Positions 39,539-48,811 of a stretch of DNA of 64,000 bases are shown piece after piece (position 1 is the stretch's first letter; every line of letters starts with the position of its first letter). This DNA comes from an uncultured delta proteobacterium (GTDB lineage: Bacteria > Desulfobacterota > Binatia > UBA9968), in contig CAVSHR010000005.1 of NCBI GenBank assembly GCA_963727625.1, positions 128,001-192,000 on the forward strand. Reading direction: 5' to 3'. Made by a program: the position numbers and the translations under genes. The notes beneath the pieces are model-generated. The model saw only the letters and a program-made list of their open reading frames with translations. It had not been told where the DNA came from and made no database searches.

Positions 39539-40315
39539 TCAGGTCCGCTGCGCTTCCTCCAGCGCCGCGCGCAGCATCACGCCGTGCAAATCCACCGAGG
39601 TCATGGCACAATAATCAAGCCCGTAAGTAGGCCGCTCGTCGGCCATGCCGGTTTCCAACAGCCGCTGCAGCGCCATGCGATTGAAGCTCGCGTGCCCCAT
39701 CACGCCTTCTTCATGTTCGGCCAAATCAGCCTCGACATGGGTGGCGAAGTATGTCGCTTGGTCGCGGTCGAAACCGTAATGCGTGGTCAGCGCCTTGTAG
39801 CAGGCCGCCGACCAGTGGCCGATTTGCTCCTCGGTCGTCACCGCGGCATACCATTCCGCCGCCGTGCCTTCATAAACGATGGCGCGCATGAAATCGATCT
39901 TGCCGCGAAACTCCGAAAGCATCGACGTTGTAAAGACTTCCTCTTCGGTCAAACCGAAGGCTTGGGCGGTTTGCAGCATGACGAGAAAATGGCCCGGCGG
40001 CTTGGGATGAATGAACTCATCGGCGATCTTCTCGCCGATCGGCCCCATCAGATCGCGATTAACTTTAAAAAAGGTGATGTTGCGGTGATAGGTGCAGGCG
40101 GTGAGCGTGTTGATTTCGATGGTGTAAGCACCCCAGTTGCGGAAAAACAGTCGGAGGACCTTTTGCGGCAGCGTTCCCGCCATCAGTTGCTGCATAAAAG
40201 GCATCTGATTTACCTTACTTTCCCAACGCGCGCCCACCCGCGCGTAAAGCCCGTCAACGATCGCCTTCGCTTCGGCAGCCGAATATTTTTTGCCTAATTG
40301 GATTTTAAACGACAT
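39539..40315 (-). CDS. Heme-oxygenase-like (TenA/PqqC-type) diiron protein, copy 3
   Basis: PFMQQLMAGTL, IADEF...PGH, EE, YFATHVEAD...H. Confidence 0.75.
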   Translation of the reverse strand: MSFKIQLGKKYSAAEAKAIVDGLYARVGARWESKVNQMPFMQQLMAGTLPQKVLRLFFRNWGAYTIEINTLTACTYHRNITFFKVNRDLMGPIGEKIADEFIHPKPPGHFLVMLQTAQAFGLTEEEVFTTSMLSEFRGKIDFMRAIVYEGTAAEWYAAVTTEEQIGHWSAACYKALTTHYGFDRDQATYFATHVEADLAEHEEGVMGHASFNRMALQRLLETGMADERPTYGLDYCAMTSVDLHGVMLRAALEEAQRT

Positions 40316-40336
40316 GGCCTTCCCTCGCATTCGTTT

Positions 40337-40559
40337 TCAGCAAAATTTCAATCTGATCTTCAGTTCCTTTCGCACTTCGCGCAAAAACGTGAAATTCCCC
40401 ACCTCGTCCGCTGTTTCCTTTCTCTCCGTCAGTATGTCCCATTGCTGATCGGTGATCTCGCCGTTCTCGCTGAGCGAGATGACCAGCAGATCGTAAGAGC
40501 CCTCCGCCACATCCGCCGCCTGGTTTAAAATAACGGATCATCCGCGGCACCACGTCCAT
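40337..40559 (-). pseudogene. C-terminal remnant of a substrate-binding protein with a frameshift
   Basis: VVPRMIRYF/NQAADVAEGSYDLLV...FTFLREVRKELK resembles the C-termini of the neighbouring SBPs (VV..I..F....A..SYD...FSLLR). Confidence 0.45.
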
Positions 40560-40588
40560 CAAAAACGTCGACCTGGGCACGCGGCGGA

Positions 40589-41698
40589 TTAAGCGGCGAA
40601 TCGCTCCGGCGAAAAGGGCGGTGATGTTTGACTGTGCCCGCCGATGAGCAGCTCCGCGGCCAGAGAACCCACTGCGGCACTGGTCGTCATCCCATGCCCG
40701 CCCAAACCGGCGGCCCAGAAGAAATTCTTGACACTGCCATCCCAGCCAATGACGAATCGCCCGTCCGGCGTCAACGTACGCATGCCGGCCCAGCATCGAT
40801 TGATGCTTACGCCGGCCAATCCCGGCATGAATCTCTCTATTTTTTCCGCTAACAATTCCTTGACGCTGTCATCGATCGGCGGATCACCCGGAACCAACTC
40901 GGTTTGATCGCAAGCACAGAGCAGCAACCCCTCTCCTTCCGGACGGAAGTAAAGATCGTGAGTGACATCCCAAACAAAGGGCCAACTGACATCGACCCAT
41001 TCCAGCGGCGGCGAGACAAAAAGGTGGCGCCGGCATGGCCGCAACGGCAGCTCCTGCACGCCCGCCAGTCCTGCAATGACGTTGGCCCATGCGCCGCTGG
41101 CGTTGACCAGGCTCTTCGCCTTTATCCTGTCGCCCGTGGTTGCGATTTCGAATTCCCCGTCGCGCGATTGAATCGAGCGCACTGCCGCATTGTATCGCAC
41201 GCGCGCGCCGCGGATCACCGCGCCCTTGAGATAACCGGACAGCAGCGCGTGGATATCGACGATGCCGTCGCTGGCGCACCAGATCGCTCCCTCGAATTCA
41301 GCTTGCTGCAGCGCCGGCACTTGGCGTTTGGCTTCCTCCGGAGTCCACGAAACGACGTCGATGCCCACGCGGCGGCCCGCTTCTGCGTCGTGCTCAAGCT
41401 TGCTCCACCCCGAGCCGCTGCCGAGCAGCAGAGACCCGTTTTGTTTGATTTGCAACGGTTCGGTCCAGTCCCCCGGCGGATGTCGTAAAAATGCCGCACC
41501 GTCGCGCGTCAGCTTCGCCAGGTCGGCGTCGGGAACGCATTGCCGCATCATCGCCGCGTTGCGCCCGGAAGAGTGAAAGCCCGGGATGCTCTCCTGCTCC
41601 AAAATCAGAATGCTCGCAACGCCGCGCCGGCTCAGATGGTAAGCGGTCGCGGCGCCGGCAAAGCCGGCGCCGATAATGACAAACTCGTAAGCGTCCAT
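40589..41698 (-). CDS. FAD-dependent oxidoreductase, DAO/sarcosine oxidase family
   Basis: IIGAGFAG, SSGRNA, NASGAWA, TPDGRFVIG, GLGGHG. Confidence 0.9.
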   Translation of the reverse strand: MDAYEFVIIGAGFAGAATAYHLSRRGVASILILEQESIPGFHSSGRNAAMMRQCVPDADLAKLTRDGAAFLRHPPGDWTEPLQIKQNGSLLLGSGSGWSKLEHDAEAGRRVGIDVVSWTPEEAKRQVPALQQAEFEGAIWCASDGIVDIHALLSGYLKGAVIRGARVRYNAAVRSIQSRDGEFEIATTGDRIKAKSLVNASGAWANVIAGLAGVQELPLRPCRRHLFVSPPLEWVDVSWPFVWDVTHDLYFRPEGEGLLLCACDQTELVPGDPPIDDSVKELLAEKIERFMPGLAGVSINRCWAGMRTLTPDGRFVIGWDGSVKNFFWAAGLGGHGMTTSAAVGSLAAELLIGGHSQTSPPFSPERFAA

Positions 41699-41814
41699 CG
41701 CGTGTTACCCTGCTCTGTCTTTTACTATACGAAGTCGCCGCCAATTCCAAAGGCTCGGGTTCGCGCTCCGGCCATCGACCGATGAGGCCGGTTGCCGCGG
41801 ATCGTTTTTGGGGT

Positions 41815-41842
41815 TTGAATCAACACCAAACTGCGCTATAGT
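41815..41842 (+). promoter_or_regulatory. Sigma70-like promoter, possibly yielding a near-leaderless transcript
   Basis: TTGAAT-16 nt-TATAGT, with ATG 41852 nine nt downstream and no SD. Confidence 0.4.
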
Positions 41843-41851
41843 CCAGTTCAA

Positions 41852-43678
41852 ATGCGAATCCATCGTTACACCGAGTGGGATGGCACGCAAGAAATTCAAT
41901 TCCCCACGACCGACGACCTCCTCAATCACCTCTCCGATCATTTGCTCGAAGAAGAAGGCGTGCGCCGCGCCTTGCGCGATCTGATGCGCCGCGGTTTTAG
42001 CTCGGAAGACGGCCAGCGTTCGGTCAAAGGCATGCGCGATTTCCTGCGCCAGGCCGACGAGAAGCGGCGCGAGCTGCTCAACCAATATTCCCCGGATTCT
42101 TTCAAGCTCACGCCCGAAGAGCAGCAAGCGTTTAGCGAAAAACTCGGCAAGCTCGCCGAGAAGATGGAAGCCTACAACGAGCAGATGCGCAACTTCATGG
42201 AGCGCATGTCCGGCAAGTTCGCCGACCGCATGGACGAGATGAACCAGAAAATGCAGGAGGCATACCAGCGGTATCAAGAATTGCAGCAACGCCTGCAAAA
42301 TCAGATCAACGAACGCGGCATGCCGCAGGGCCAACCGAATACGGGCGGGCAGAATCCCCAGTCGCTGATGGACATGCTCGACCGCATGAATCAGTTGTTG
42401 AATGACGAGAATTTTCTCAACAACTTGCCGAGCATGATGGACAACGCCATCAACAACCTCGAAAGCATGTTGGAAAACATGGCCAACATGACCGAGGAAC
42501 AGTTGCAGCAGCTGAGCGACACGATGAGCCAGATGCAGCAGTTGGAACAGCTGATGAATCAGTATCCGTTTCAAGGCTCGCAGCGAATGGGCATGGGAGA
42601 AGCGGGACAAATCTTGGGCCAACTGCGCGGGCTCGAACGCTTTCTGCGTTGGGGCCAGCGCGGCATGGGCGACCCCTCCGAGCTCAATCTCGAAGAGCTG
42701 CGCGAGCTCCTCGGCGAAGAAGCCTACGAAAACCTCAAATACTTAAAAAACGTCGAGCAGACCCTCGAAGACGAAGGCTATATCATGCGCACCAGCCACG
42801 GTCTTCGTCTGACACCGAAGGGCATGAGAAAAATCGGCGACAAAGCTCTGCGCGAAATTTTTCAGATGCTCAACAAAGGTCGGTGGGGCAACCACGCGAC
42901 CTCATTGCGCGGCTCGCAAGGCGACCTCATGGAGGAAACCAAGCAGTACGAGTATGGCGATCCGCTCAACGTCAACATCGGCGAGACCCTGTTGAATGCC
43001 CTCGAACGGCGCAAGAAGGGCGAGCCGCTGCGCATCTCGCCGGAAGATTTTTCCGTGCACCGGGTTGAGTACTCGACCGTCAGCGAAACCGCGCTGCTGA
43101 TCGACGTGAGCTACTCGATGCTGATGAACGATGCCCTGCACGCGGGGAAAAAAGTGGCGCTTGCCCTGCACCGGTTGATCCAAACCAAGTACCCCCAGGA
43201 CACGCTCCACCTGGTCGCTTTTCGCTCCAACGCCAAGCGGATCCAGGCCGAGGACCTGCCCTCGATCGTCTCGCTCACCTATTTCATGGAGCACGGCACC
43301 GATATCAAAGAAGCGCTGCGTTATGCGCGCCAGTTGCTCGGCTCCAATCGCAGCGCCAATCGCCAGATCATTCTCATCACCGACGGCGAACCGACGGCGG
43401 CGACGCTCGATCGCGGCGGCAGGCTGCATAGCGGCTGGGGTTCGGCGCTGCTGCACAGCCGGATCGTTCACGAAACGCTCAAGGAAGTGAAGCGCTGCAC
43501 ACAGAGCGGCATCAAGATCAACACTTTCATGCTCGGCGCGGATTTTTACCGGCAGGGTTTTATCGATCAGTTGTCGCGCCTCAATACCGGCCGGGTTTTT
43601 TACACCACGCCGGATCAAATGGGCAATTACATCGTCGTCGACTATCTCAACAACAAGCGCAAGCGCATCGGCCGCTAG
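41852..43678 (+). CDS. VWA domain protein with Met/Gln/Asn-rich coiled-coil insert
   Basis: RYTEWDGTQ N-terminus, LTPKGMRKIG, DVSYSM MIDAS, IILITDGEPT. Confidence 0.88.
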   Translation: MRIHRYTEWDGTQEIQFPTTDDLLNHLSDHLLEEEGVRRALRDLMRRGFSSEDGQRSVKGMRDFLRQADEKRRELLNQYSPDSFKLTPEEQQAFSEKLGKLAEKMEAYNEQMRNFMERMSGKFADRMDEMNQKMQEAYQRYQELQQRLQNQINERGMPQGQPNTGGQNPQSLMDMLDRMNQLLNDENFLNNLPSMMDNAINNLESMLENMANMTEEQLQQLSDTMSQMQQLEQLMNQYPFQGSQRMGMGEAGQILGQLRGLERFLRWGQRGMGDPSELNLEELRELLGEEAYENLKYLKNVEQTLEDEGYIMRTSHGLRLTPKGMRKIGDKALREIFQMLNKGRWGNHATSLRGSQGDLMEETKQYEYGDPLNVNIGETLLNALERRKKGEPLRISPEDFSVHRVEYSTVSETALLIDVSYSMLMNDALHAGKKVALALHRLIQTKYPQDTLHLVAFRSNAKRIQAEDLPSIVSLTYFMEHGTDIKEALRYARQLLGSNRSANRQIILITDGEPTAATLDRGGRLHSGWGSALLHSRIVHETLKEVKRCTQSGIKINTFMLGADFYRQGFIDQLSRLNTGRVFYTTPDQMGNYIVVDYLNNKRKRIGR

Positions 43679-43707
43679 TCCACCACAGCTCCCCTCACCG
43701 CATTTTC

Positions 43708-43800
43708 AATTTTAGATTTTGGATTGTCGGACAGGAGGCAGGCAACTTTAACTCAATGTGTTATCCTCAAACCAAAATCGGCAATCCAAAATCCAAAATT
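43708..43800. repeat. Heptamer-based inverted repeat between convergent genes (REP-like/bidirectional terminator)
   Basis: AATTTTAGATTTTGGATTG ... CAATCCAAAATCCAAAATT, 18/19 complementary. Confidence 0.6.
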
Positions 43801-43810
43801 TAGCAAGTCG

Positions 43811-44995
43811 TCAATCTCCCTCGGTGATTAAAGCCAACACGCCGGTATAGGCGAACAAGTGATTTGCCCGGCCTAACGGCGCAAGCTCATAGCCGCCGAA
43901 CATGCCGATGAGCGGGAAATCGCCCAAGGCGCGGCGGATGTAGGCGGAATCGATGCCGGGGATGCCGTAAAGCGAATTGCCGCGAGCGCAGCAGTTGAAA
44001 TAAAAACCGCACGCGGGTTTTTTGCCGCCCAACGCCGCGGCTTGGCGACCGAGCATTTGCCCCAAGTCCTCGCGCGCCCGCTGGGCGTCGCGCATGGCGA
44101 AAATCATCGCTTCGCCCTCGCTCACTTGATCGGCGACTCCGAGTATGCCTTTTTCGCCGTCCAAGCCGATAATGTTGCGGACCAAATATTTCCCGGCGGC
44201 CACGCTGTTTTCCTGCCGGTTTGCCGGCAGCCCAACGAACAGAACCATCAATGCGCGCCGAATATCTTCCGCCAGCGGTCCTTTGAGCAAGCGGGCAAAA
44301 ATCTCGAGCGCCGGCCGGCCGTCGATCTCGTGGATCAAATTACCCTCGGCCTTGGTGATTGCCATCGGTTCGGAAATCGGCTGGCAGCCCTGTGTTATGT
44401 CGATATGCAAATCGAAGCCACCGGAAAGATACGCCCCGGCGATGGCATTGCTCGCAACCTTGTCGCCGCACAACTGAAAGGTCGCGCCCGCCGCGCCGTT
44501 CTCAGCAGCGCCGGCGCCGACCACCGGATGGAATCCGGCCTTGCTCGCCATCGTTTGCAGCAGTGGTTGTGGATTGCCGTTATAGGAATCGGGCAGCAAA
44601 ATCATCAGCGAGTTTTCATCTTGGGTCTTGGCGAGAAAGTCGCCGAAGCTCGCGCCCAGGTTGGCTTCGTTGCCCCGCAACGGCTCGAAGATAAATGGAC
44701 GGCCGACAATCTCGTCCGAAGCGATGACCAGCACCGCCACTCCGGCGCTGCCTTCCATTTCGTTTTCACCCGTGAGAACGCCGGCGCCGCTGGCGCCAAC
44801 CACGCAATCGGTCCCCACCCTACGAGTCAGGGTTGCCGCCAGCTCGTGCGACTGCGCGGCATGATCCGCAGTGAAGAAAATCATCGCCAAGTCGGCGCGG
44901 GTAATCCCAGCCTGCGCCAACGCCTGGGCGACCGCTTCCTCGACCGCGGGCCCGGTCGCGTGCTTTTGAGAATGTCCGACTCCGGCGCGAATCAT
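43811..44995 (-). CDS. FIST domain signal transduction protein
   Basis: TQGCQPI, EIDGRPAL, YLVRNIIG, YFNCCARG, GYELAP...AYTGV. Confidence 0.9.
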   Translation of the reverse strand: MIRAGVGHSQKHATGPAVEEAVAQALAQAGITRADLAMIFFTADHAAQSHELAATLTRRVGTDCVVGASGAGVLTGENEMEGSAGVAVLVIASDEIVGRPFIFEPLRGNEANLGASFGDFLAKTQDENSLMILLPDSYNGNPQPLLQTMASKAGFHPVVGAGAAENGAAGATFQLCGDKVASNAIAGAYLSGGFDLHIDITQGCQPISEPMAITKAEGNLIHEIDGRPALEIFARLLKGPLAEDIRRALMVLFVGLPANRQENSVAAGKYLVRNIIGLDGEKGILGVADQVSEGEAMIFAMRDAQRAREDLGQMLGRQAAALGGKKPACGFYFNCCARGNSLYGIPGIDSAYIRRALGDFPLIGMFGGYELAPLGRANHLFAYTGVLALITEGD

Positions 44996-45131
44996 GATCC
45001 TAGGAATATAGGAAACTACCGATCGACCGGTCAAGCGCGGCAATTGAAGGATTTCGTATTTGAAAATCCCCGCGCATGGGACTAGTATCCAGGGATCTGT
45101 CAATCCATTTCGGTCAGATCCATTTACGACT

Positions 45132-45899
45132 ATGAAAATTATTCAAATTCCATTGCTGCGCGATAATTACGCCTATCTCCTGGTTTGCGAAAAAACCAAG
45201 ACGGCTGCAATCATTGACCCTTCCGAAGCCGACCCGGTGGCGGCGCGGATCGACCAGGAAGGAGTCACCCTCAGTGCCATTCTCAACACACACCATCACC
45301 GCGACCATACCGGCGGCAACGAGGGAATTTTAACGCGCCACAAAACCGAGGTGTACGGCCATAAAAGCGACGACGGTCGGATTTTCGGATTAACCCATGG
45401 TGTTGACGAGGGCAGCGAAGTCCAAGTCGGAGAGCTCACCGGAAAAGTTTTGTTTATCCCCGGCCACACCACCGGTCACGTCGCTTACCTGTTCGATAAC
45501 AATCTGTTTTGCGGCGACACTCTCTTTACCGCTGGCTGCGGCCGGCTTTTCGAAGGCACGCCGGAGCAAATGCACGCATCGCTCAAGAAACTTATGGCGC
45601 TTCCGGACAACACCAAAGTCTACTGCGGCCATGAATATACTGAGAGCAACCTGCGCTTCGCCATGTCGCTGGAGCCCAGGAACCCAAAGTTGGCGTCGCG
45701 CTTCGAGCGCGTGCAGGGTCTCCGGTCGCGCGGCGCGCCGACGGTGCCCTCAACTCTGGAGGAAGAAAAGCAAACCAATCCGTTCCTGCGCTGGGACAGC
45801 AAAGAGATTCAAGCCAGTCTAAAATCGGCCAACCCCCAGATGCGGCTCGATCCGGTTTCAGTTTTCGCCGCGGTTAGAAAAATGAAGGACTCTTTCTAG
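45132..45899 (+). CDS. gloB: Hydroxyacylglutathione hydrolase (glyoxalase II)
   Basis: DNYAY, THHHRDHTGG, PGHT.GH, GDTLF.AGCG, CGHEYT, TNPFLR. Confidence 0.93.
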   Translation: MKIIQIPLLRDNYAYLLVCEKTKTAAIIDPSEADPVAARIDQEGVTLSAILNTHHHRDHTGGNEGILTRHKTEVYGHKSDDGRIFGLTHGVDEGSEVQVGELTGKVLFIPGHTTGHVAYLFDNNLFCGDTLFTAGCGRLFEGTPEQMHASLKKLMALPDNTKVYCGHEYTESNLRFAMSLEPRNPKLASRFERVQGLRSRGAPTVPSTLEEEKQTNPFLRWDSKEIQASLKSANPQMRLDPVSVFAAVRKMKDSF

Positions 45900-46124
45900 T
45901 CCGAAGGCCGCATCGGACCCATTGCGACGCCGAAGGCTACGGCGGTTACCCCCTACCTTTCTGTTTGTTGTCCGCGGTTGTGCTTTTCTCCCGCGTGGCT
46001 CATTTTACTTGATCGCGGTGCGCATCGACGGTATTTTTGGTAAACGAATGGACCAGCACCGACGCCCCCGTCGAAAATGCACCAGCGACATAAACAAAAC
46101 ATCCGCGTCGCGCGGGAGTAATCA

Positions 46125-46601
46125 ATGAACCTTAACGAACGAACCTATCTCTGGTACGTCTCGATACTGCGCGTCTACGTCGGCTACTATCTACTCATGC
46201 AGGGTATCCGAAAATTTCAGAGGAACTTTCCCAAAGGTGATTGGATCGGCCGGCAGATCGGCGATATTGCCACGCTGGATCTTTACCCCTGGTATAAATC
46301 ATTCCTTCACGATTACGTCGTGCCGCGTCAAGAACTTTTCGGCTATCTCGTCATGATTGGCGAGCTCGCCGTCGGCGCCTGCTTGCTGCTCGGTCTGTTC
46401 ACCCGCTTCAGCGCATTGATCGGCCTGTTCATGCTGGTTAATTACTGGCTCGGCCCGGGCACGGCGCGGGGCGGCGCATTGTTGGCGCAGCAGCAAACTT
46501 TTATCGTGGCGTTGGCTATTTTCGTTTTGTCGAATCCTGGCCGCACGCTCGGACTCGACGGGCTCTTGTTCAGCGCCGGCAAAGGCAGGGGGGCGAAATG
46601 A
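46125..46601 (+). CDS. DoxX family membrane protein
   Basis: LRVYVG, GELAVG..LLLGLFTR, GRTLGLD. Confidence 0.85.
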   Translation: MNLNERTYLWYVSILRVYVGYYLLMQGIRKFQRNFPKGDWIGRQIGDIATLDLYPWYKSFLHDYVVPRQELFGYLVMIGELAVGACLLLGLFTRFSALIGLFMLVNYWLGPGTARGGALLAQQQTFIVALAIFVLSNPGRTLGLDGLLFSAGKGRGAK

Positions 46602-47707
46602 AAATTCCTGGAGCGGCGACGCCGGAGGGCACGGAGCGCTACCGCCGGCGTTTCGCCGGAAAAATTCCGCCGGAGCATTTCCGCAAATCGCAAAGCCTGT
46701 GGATGTCGTCGATCGGTATCGGCACCTACTTGGGCAATCACGACGACGCCACCGATCGGCAATACCAGCAAGCGCTCGTCCGCGCGGTGGGTTCGGGCTG
46801 CAACGTCATCGACGCGGCGATCAATTATCGTTGCCAGAGAAGCGAGCGCGCCATCGGCACGGCGTTAAAAGAGCTCGCCACCCAGGGCTACGGACGCGAG
46901 GAGCTGATCATCGCGACTAAGGGGGGCTTCCTGCCCTTCGACGGCGAGCCGCCGCAGGATCCGCGGCGTTACTTCGAGGAGAGTTTCGTCAAGACCGGGC
47001 TTGCGACTCCCGCGGAAATTGTCGGCGGATATCACTGCATGACTCCGCGCTATCTGGCCCATCAGCTCGATTGCAGTTTGCGTAACCTCGATCTCGAATG
47101 TGCCGATATTTATTACCTGCACAACCCGGAAAGCCAGCTCGGCAAGATCGAAAGGGCGGAGTTCGACAGTCGGCTGCTTCAGGCTTTTGAGACCTTGGAG
47201 CAAGCGGTTGCGGCCGGCAAGATCCGCATGTACGGCACCGCGACCTGGAACGGCTATCGCAACGAGCCGACGGCCAAGGATTATTTATCGCTCAGCCAAA
47301 CCGTCGCGGTGGCCGAACGAGCCGGCGGCAAAGATCACCAATTCAAATTCATCCAGCTGCCGCTCAACCTGGGCATGAGCGAAGCGTTGTCGAGTGTCAA
47401 CCAGCCGGTGGGCGATAAAAATTTAACTCTGCTCGAAGCCGCCCAGGCTCTGGGCATCACGGTCGTGTGCAGCGCGTCGGTGCTCCAAGGACAGTTGACC
47501 CACGACCTGCCGCCGATGATTCGCGAAACCTTTCAAGGCTTGGATACCGACGGTCAGCGCGCCCTGCAATTCGTGCGCTCCACGCCGGGCGTGACCACCG
47601 CCCTGGTGGGCATGAAGCAGCTCGACCATGTCGAGGAAAATCTAAAAACTGCCCGCGTCGCGCCCGCGTCCTGGGAGCAATATTCGAAGCTCTTCGAAGG
47701 CGCGTGA
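46598..47707 (+). CDS. Aldo/keto reductase
   Basis: SIGIGTY, IDAAINYR, ATKGG, YYLHNPE. Confidence 0.88.
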   Translation: MKIPGAATPEGTERYRRRFAGKIPPEHFRKSQSLWMSSIGIGTYLGNHDDATDRQYQQALVRAVGSGCNVIDAAINYRCQRSERAIGTALKELATQGYGREELIIATKGGFLPFDGEPPQDPRRYFEESFVKTGLATPAEIVGGYHCMTPRYLAHQLDCSLRNLDLECADIYYLHNPESQLGKIERAEFDSRLLQAFETLEQAVAAGKIRMYGTATWNGYRNEPTAKDYLSLSQTVAVAERAGGKDHQFKFIQLPLNLGMSEALSSVNQPVGDKNLTLLEAAQALGITVVCSASVLQGQLTHDLPPMIRETFQGLDTDGQRALQFVRSTPGVTTALVGMKQLDHVEENLKTARVAPASWEQYSKLFEGA

Positions 47708-47772
47708 GCAGGCCCATCGGCGCATGCGCAGAGATAGGTCCCCGCCCTTAACAGCGACCCGGGACGCGAAGG

Positions 47773-48717
47773 TTAATTTCCCGTCAGATGATCGAACAAG
47801 CCGAATAGATCGTTTAGCTTGTTGAGAACCGGTTGCGGCAACGGCGGTTTCAAAATTGCCGCAATGTTTTCTTTGAGGTGCTCGGGATTGCCGGTACCGG
47901 TTAAAACGACATCGACCCCCGGCTCGTGCCGGCAGAACCGATAGGCCGCTTCGGGCAGCGTGGCTGCGCCGCTTTCCTCGAGAAGAAACCCGAGAGGGTC
48001 GTCACGATCGAGGGCTTTTTTGCCGATCTTGCCTGCGGCAACCAATTCACCCACCAACGCCTTGAGGCGCTCCGGCTGGCTCAGGGCCCGACGCACCGCG
48101 AACATGTTGAGCACACCGACTTTTTTCTCTTTAGTGAGCGGCAAAACCGACTTGCGGGCGGAAGGATTTAGCAGGCTGAACCCGACCATGACCACGTCCC
48201 ACAAATTTTCCTGAAGCCCGCTCTGTAAAACGCTATGCGCCGGATCGACAACGAAACCTTCGGTGACGCCGATAAAACGAATCTTTCCTTGCTCTTTGAG
48301 CCGGCGCATCACCGGCATCAGCCGGTCTCTGGCGAACTGATGATTTTCGGGCTCGACGCCATGTAAATGGTAGATATCGATGTAATCGGTGCCGATCAGC
48401 TTTAAGCTTTGCTCCAAGCCTTTGACGATTTCGCCCTCAGGATCCGCATGATCCGGCGCCGGAAGGGCTTTTTTTGTCGAAATGACCAATTGATCCCTCT
48501 GCATGCCTACGATCGCCTTGCCGACAATCGGCTCGGTGCCGTAGGTCTGCGCGGTGTCGAGAAAGTTGACACCGAGATCCAGCGCCTGCTTGACGATAGC
48601 GATCGCATGGTTCGCCGATTGTGGATCGTTGCGCATGCCCAGCCGGCTCGGCCCGCCGCAGCCAAGCCCCGCGACGCTGACTTTCAATCCGGTTCGTCCG
48701 AGAGTCGTGTATTCCAT
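47773..48717 (-). CDS. Aldo/keto reductase
   Basis: LGRTGLKVS, DTAQTYG, ISTK, DYIDIYHLH. Confidence 0.9.
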   Translation of the reverse strand: MEYTTLGRTGLKVSVAGLGCGGPSRLGMRNDPQSANHAIAIVKQALDLGVNFLDTAQTYGTEPIVGKAIVGMQRDQLVISTKKALPAPDHADPEGEIVKGLEQSLKLIGTDYIDIYHLHGVEPENHQFARDRLMPVMRRLKEQGKIRFIGVTEGFVVDPAHSVLQSGLQENLWDVVMVGFSLLNPSARKSVLPLTKEKKVGVLNMFAVRRALSQPERLKALVGELVAAGKIGKKALDRDDPLGFLLEESGAATLPEAAYRFCRHEPGVDVVLTGTGNPEHLKENIAAILKPPLPQPVLNKLNDLFGLFDHLTGN

Positions 48718-48729
48718 TCTTATTTAAAG

Positions 48730-48806
48730 GTTCAATTCGTTCCAAAAGTTCAAGTCGTTCAAACCGTTCCGAATCCCAGTCCGACGCCTTGAACGGCTTG
48801 AACGAT
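48730..48806. repeat. 9-bp GTTCAAnnn tandem units with inverted TTGAAC copies (REP-like)
   Basis: Five degenerate GTTC(A/C)nnnn units at 48730-48774; two TTGAACG copies at 48789-48806. Confidence 0.55.
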
Positions 48807-48811
48807 AAGTC

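Noticed and set aside
45988-46118. 6S RNA or SRP RNA call
   Set aside because: Too short for a typical 6S RNA and lacks the SRP GGAA-loop consensus; kept only as an unassigned structure.
48730-48806. Possible CRISPR array
   Set aside because: Units are 9 bp, degenerate and have no spacers; no cas genes are present.
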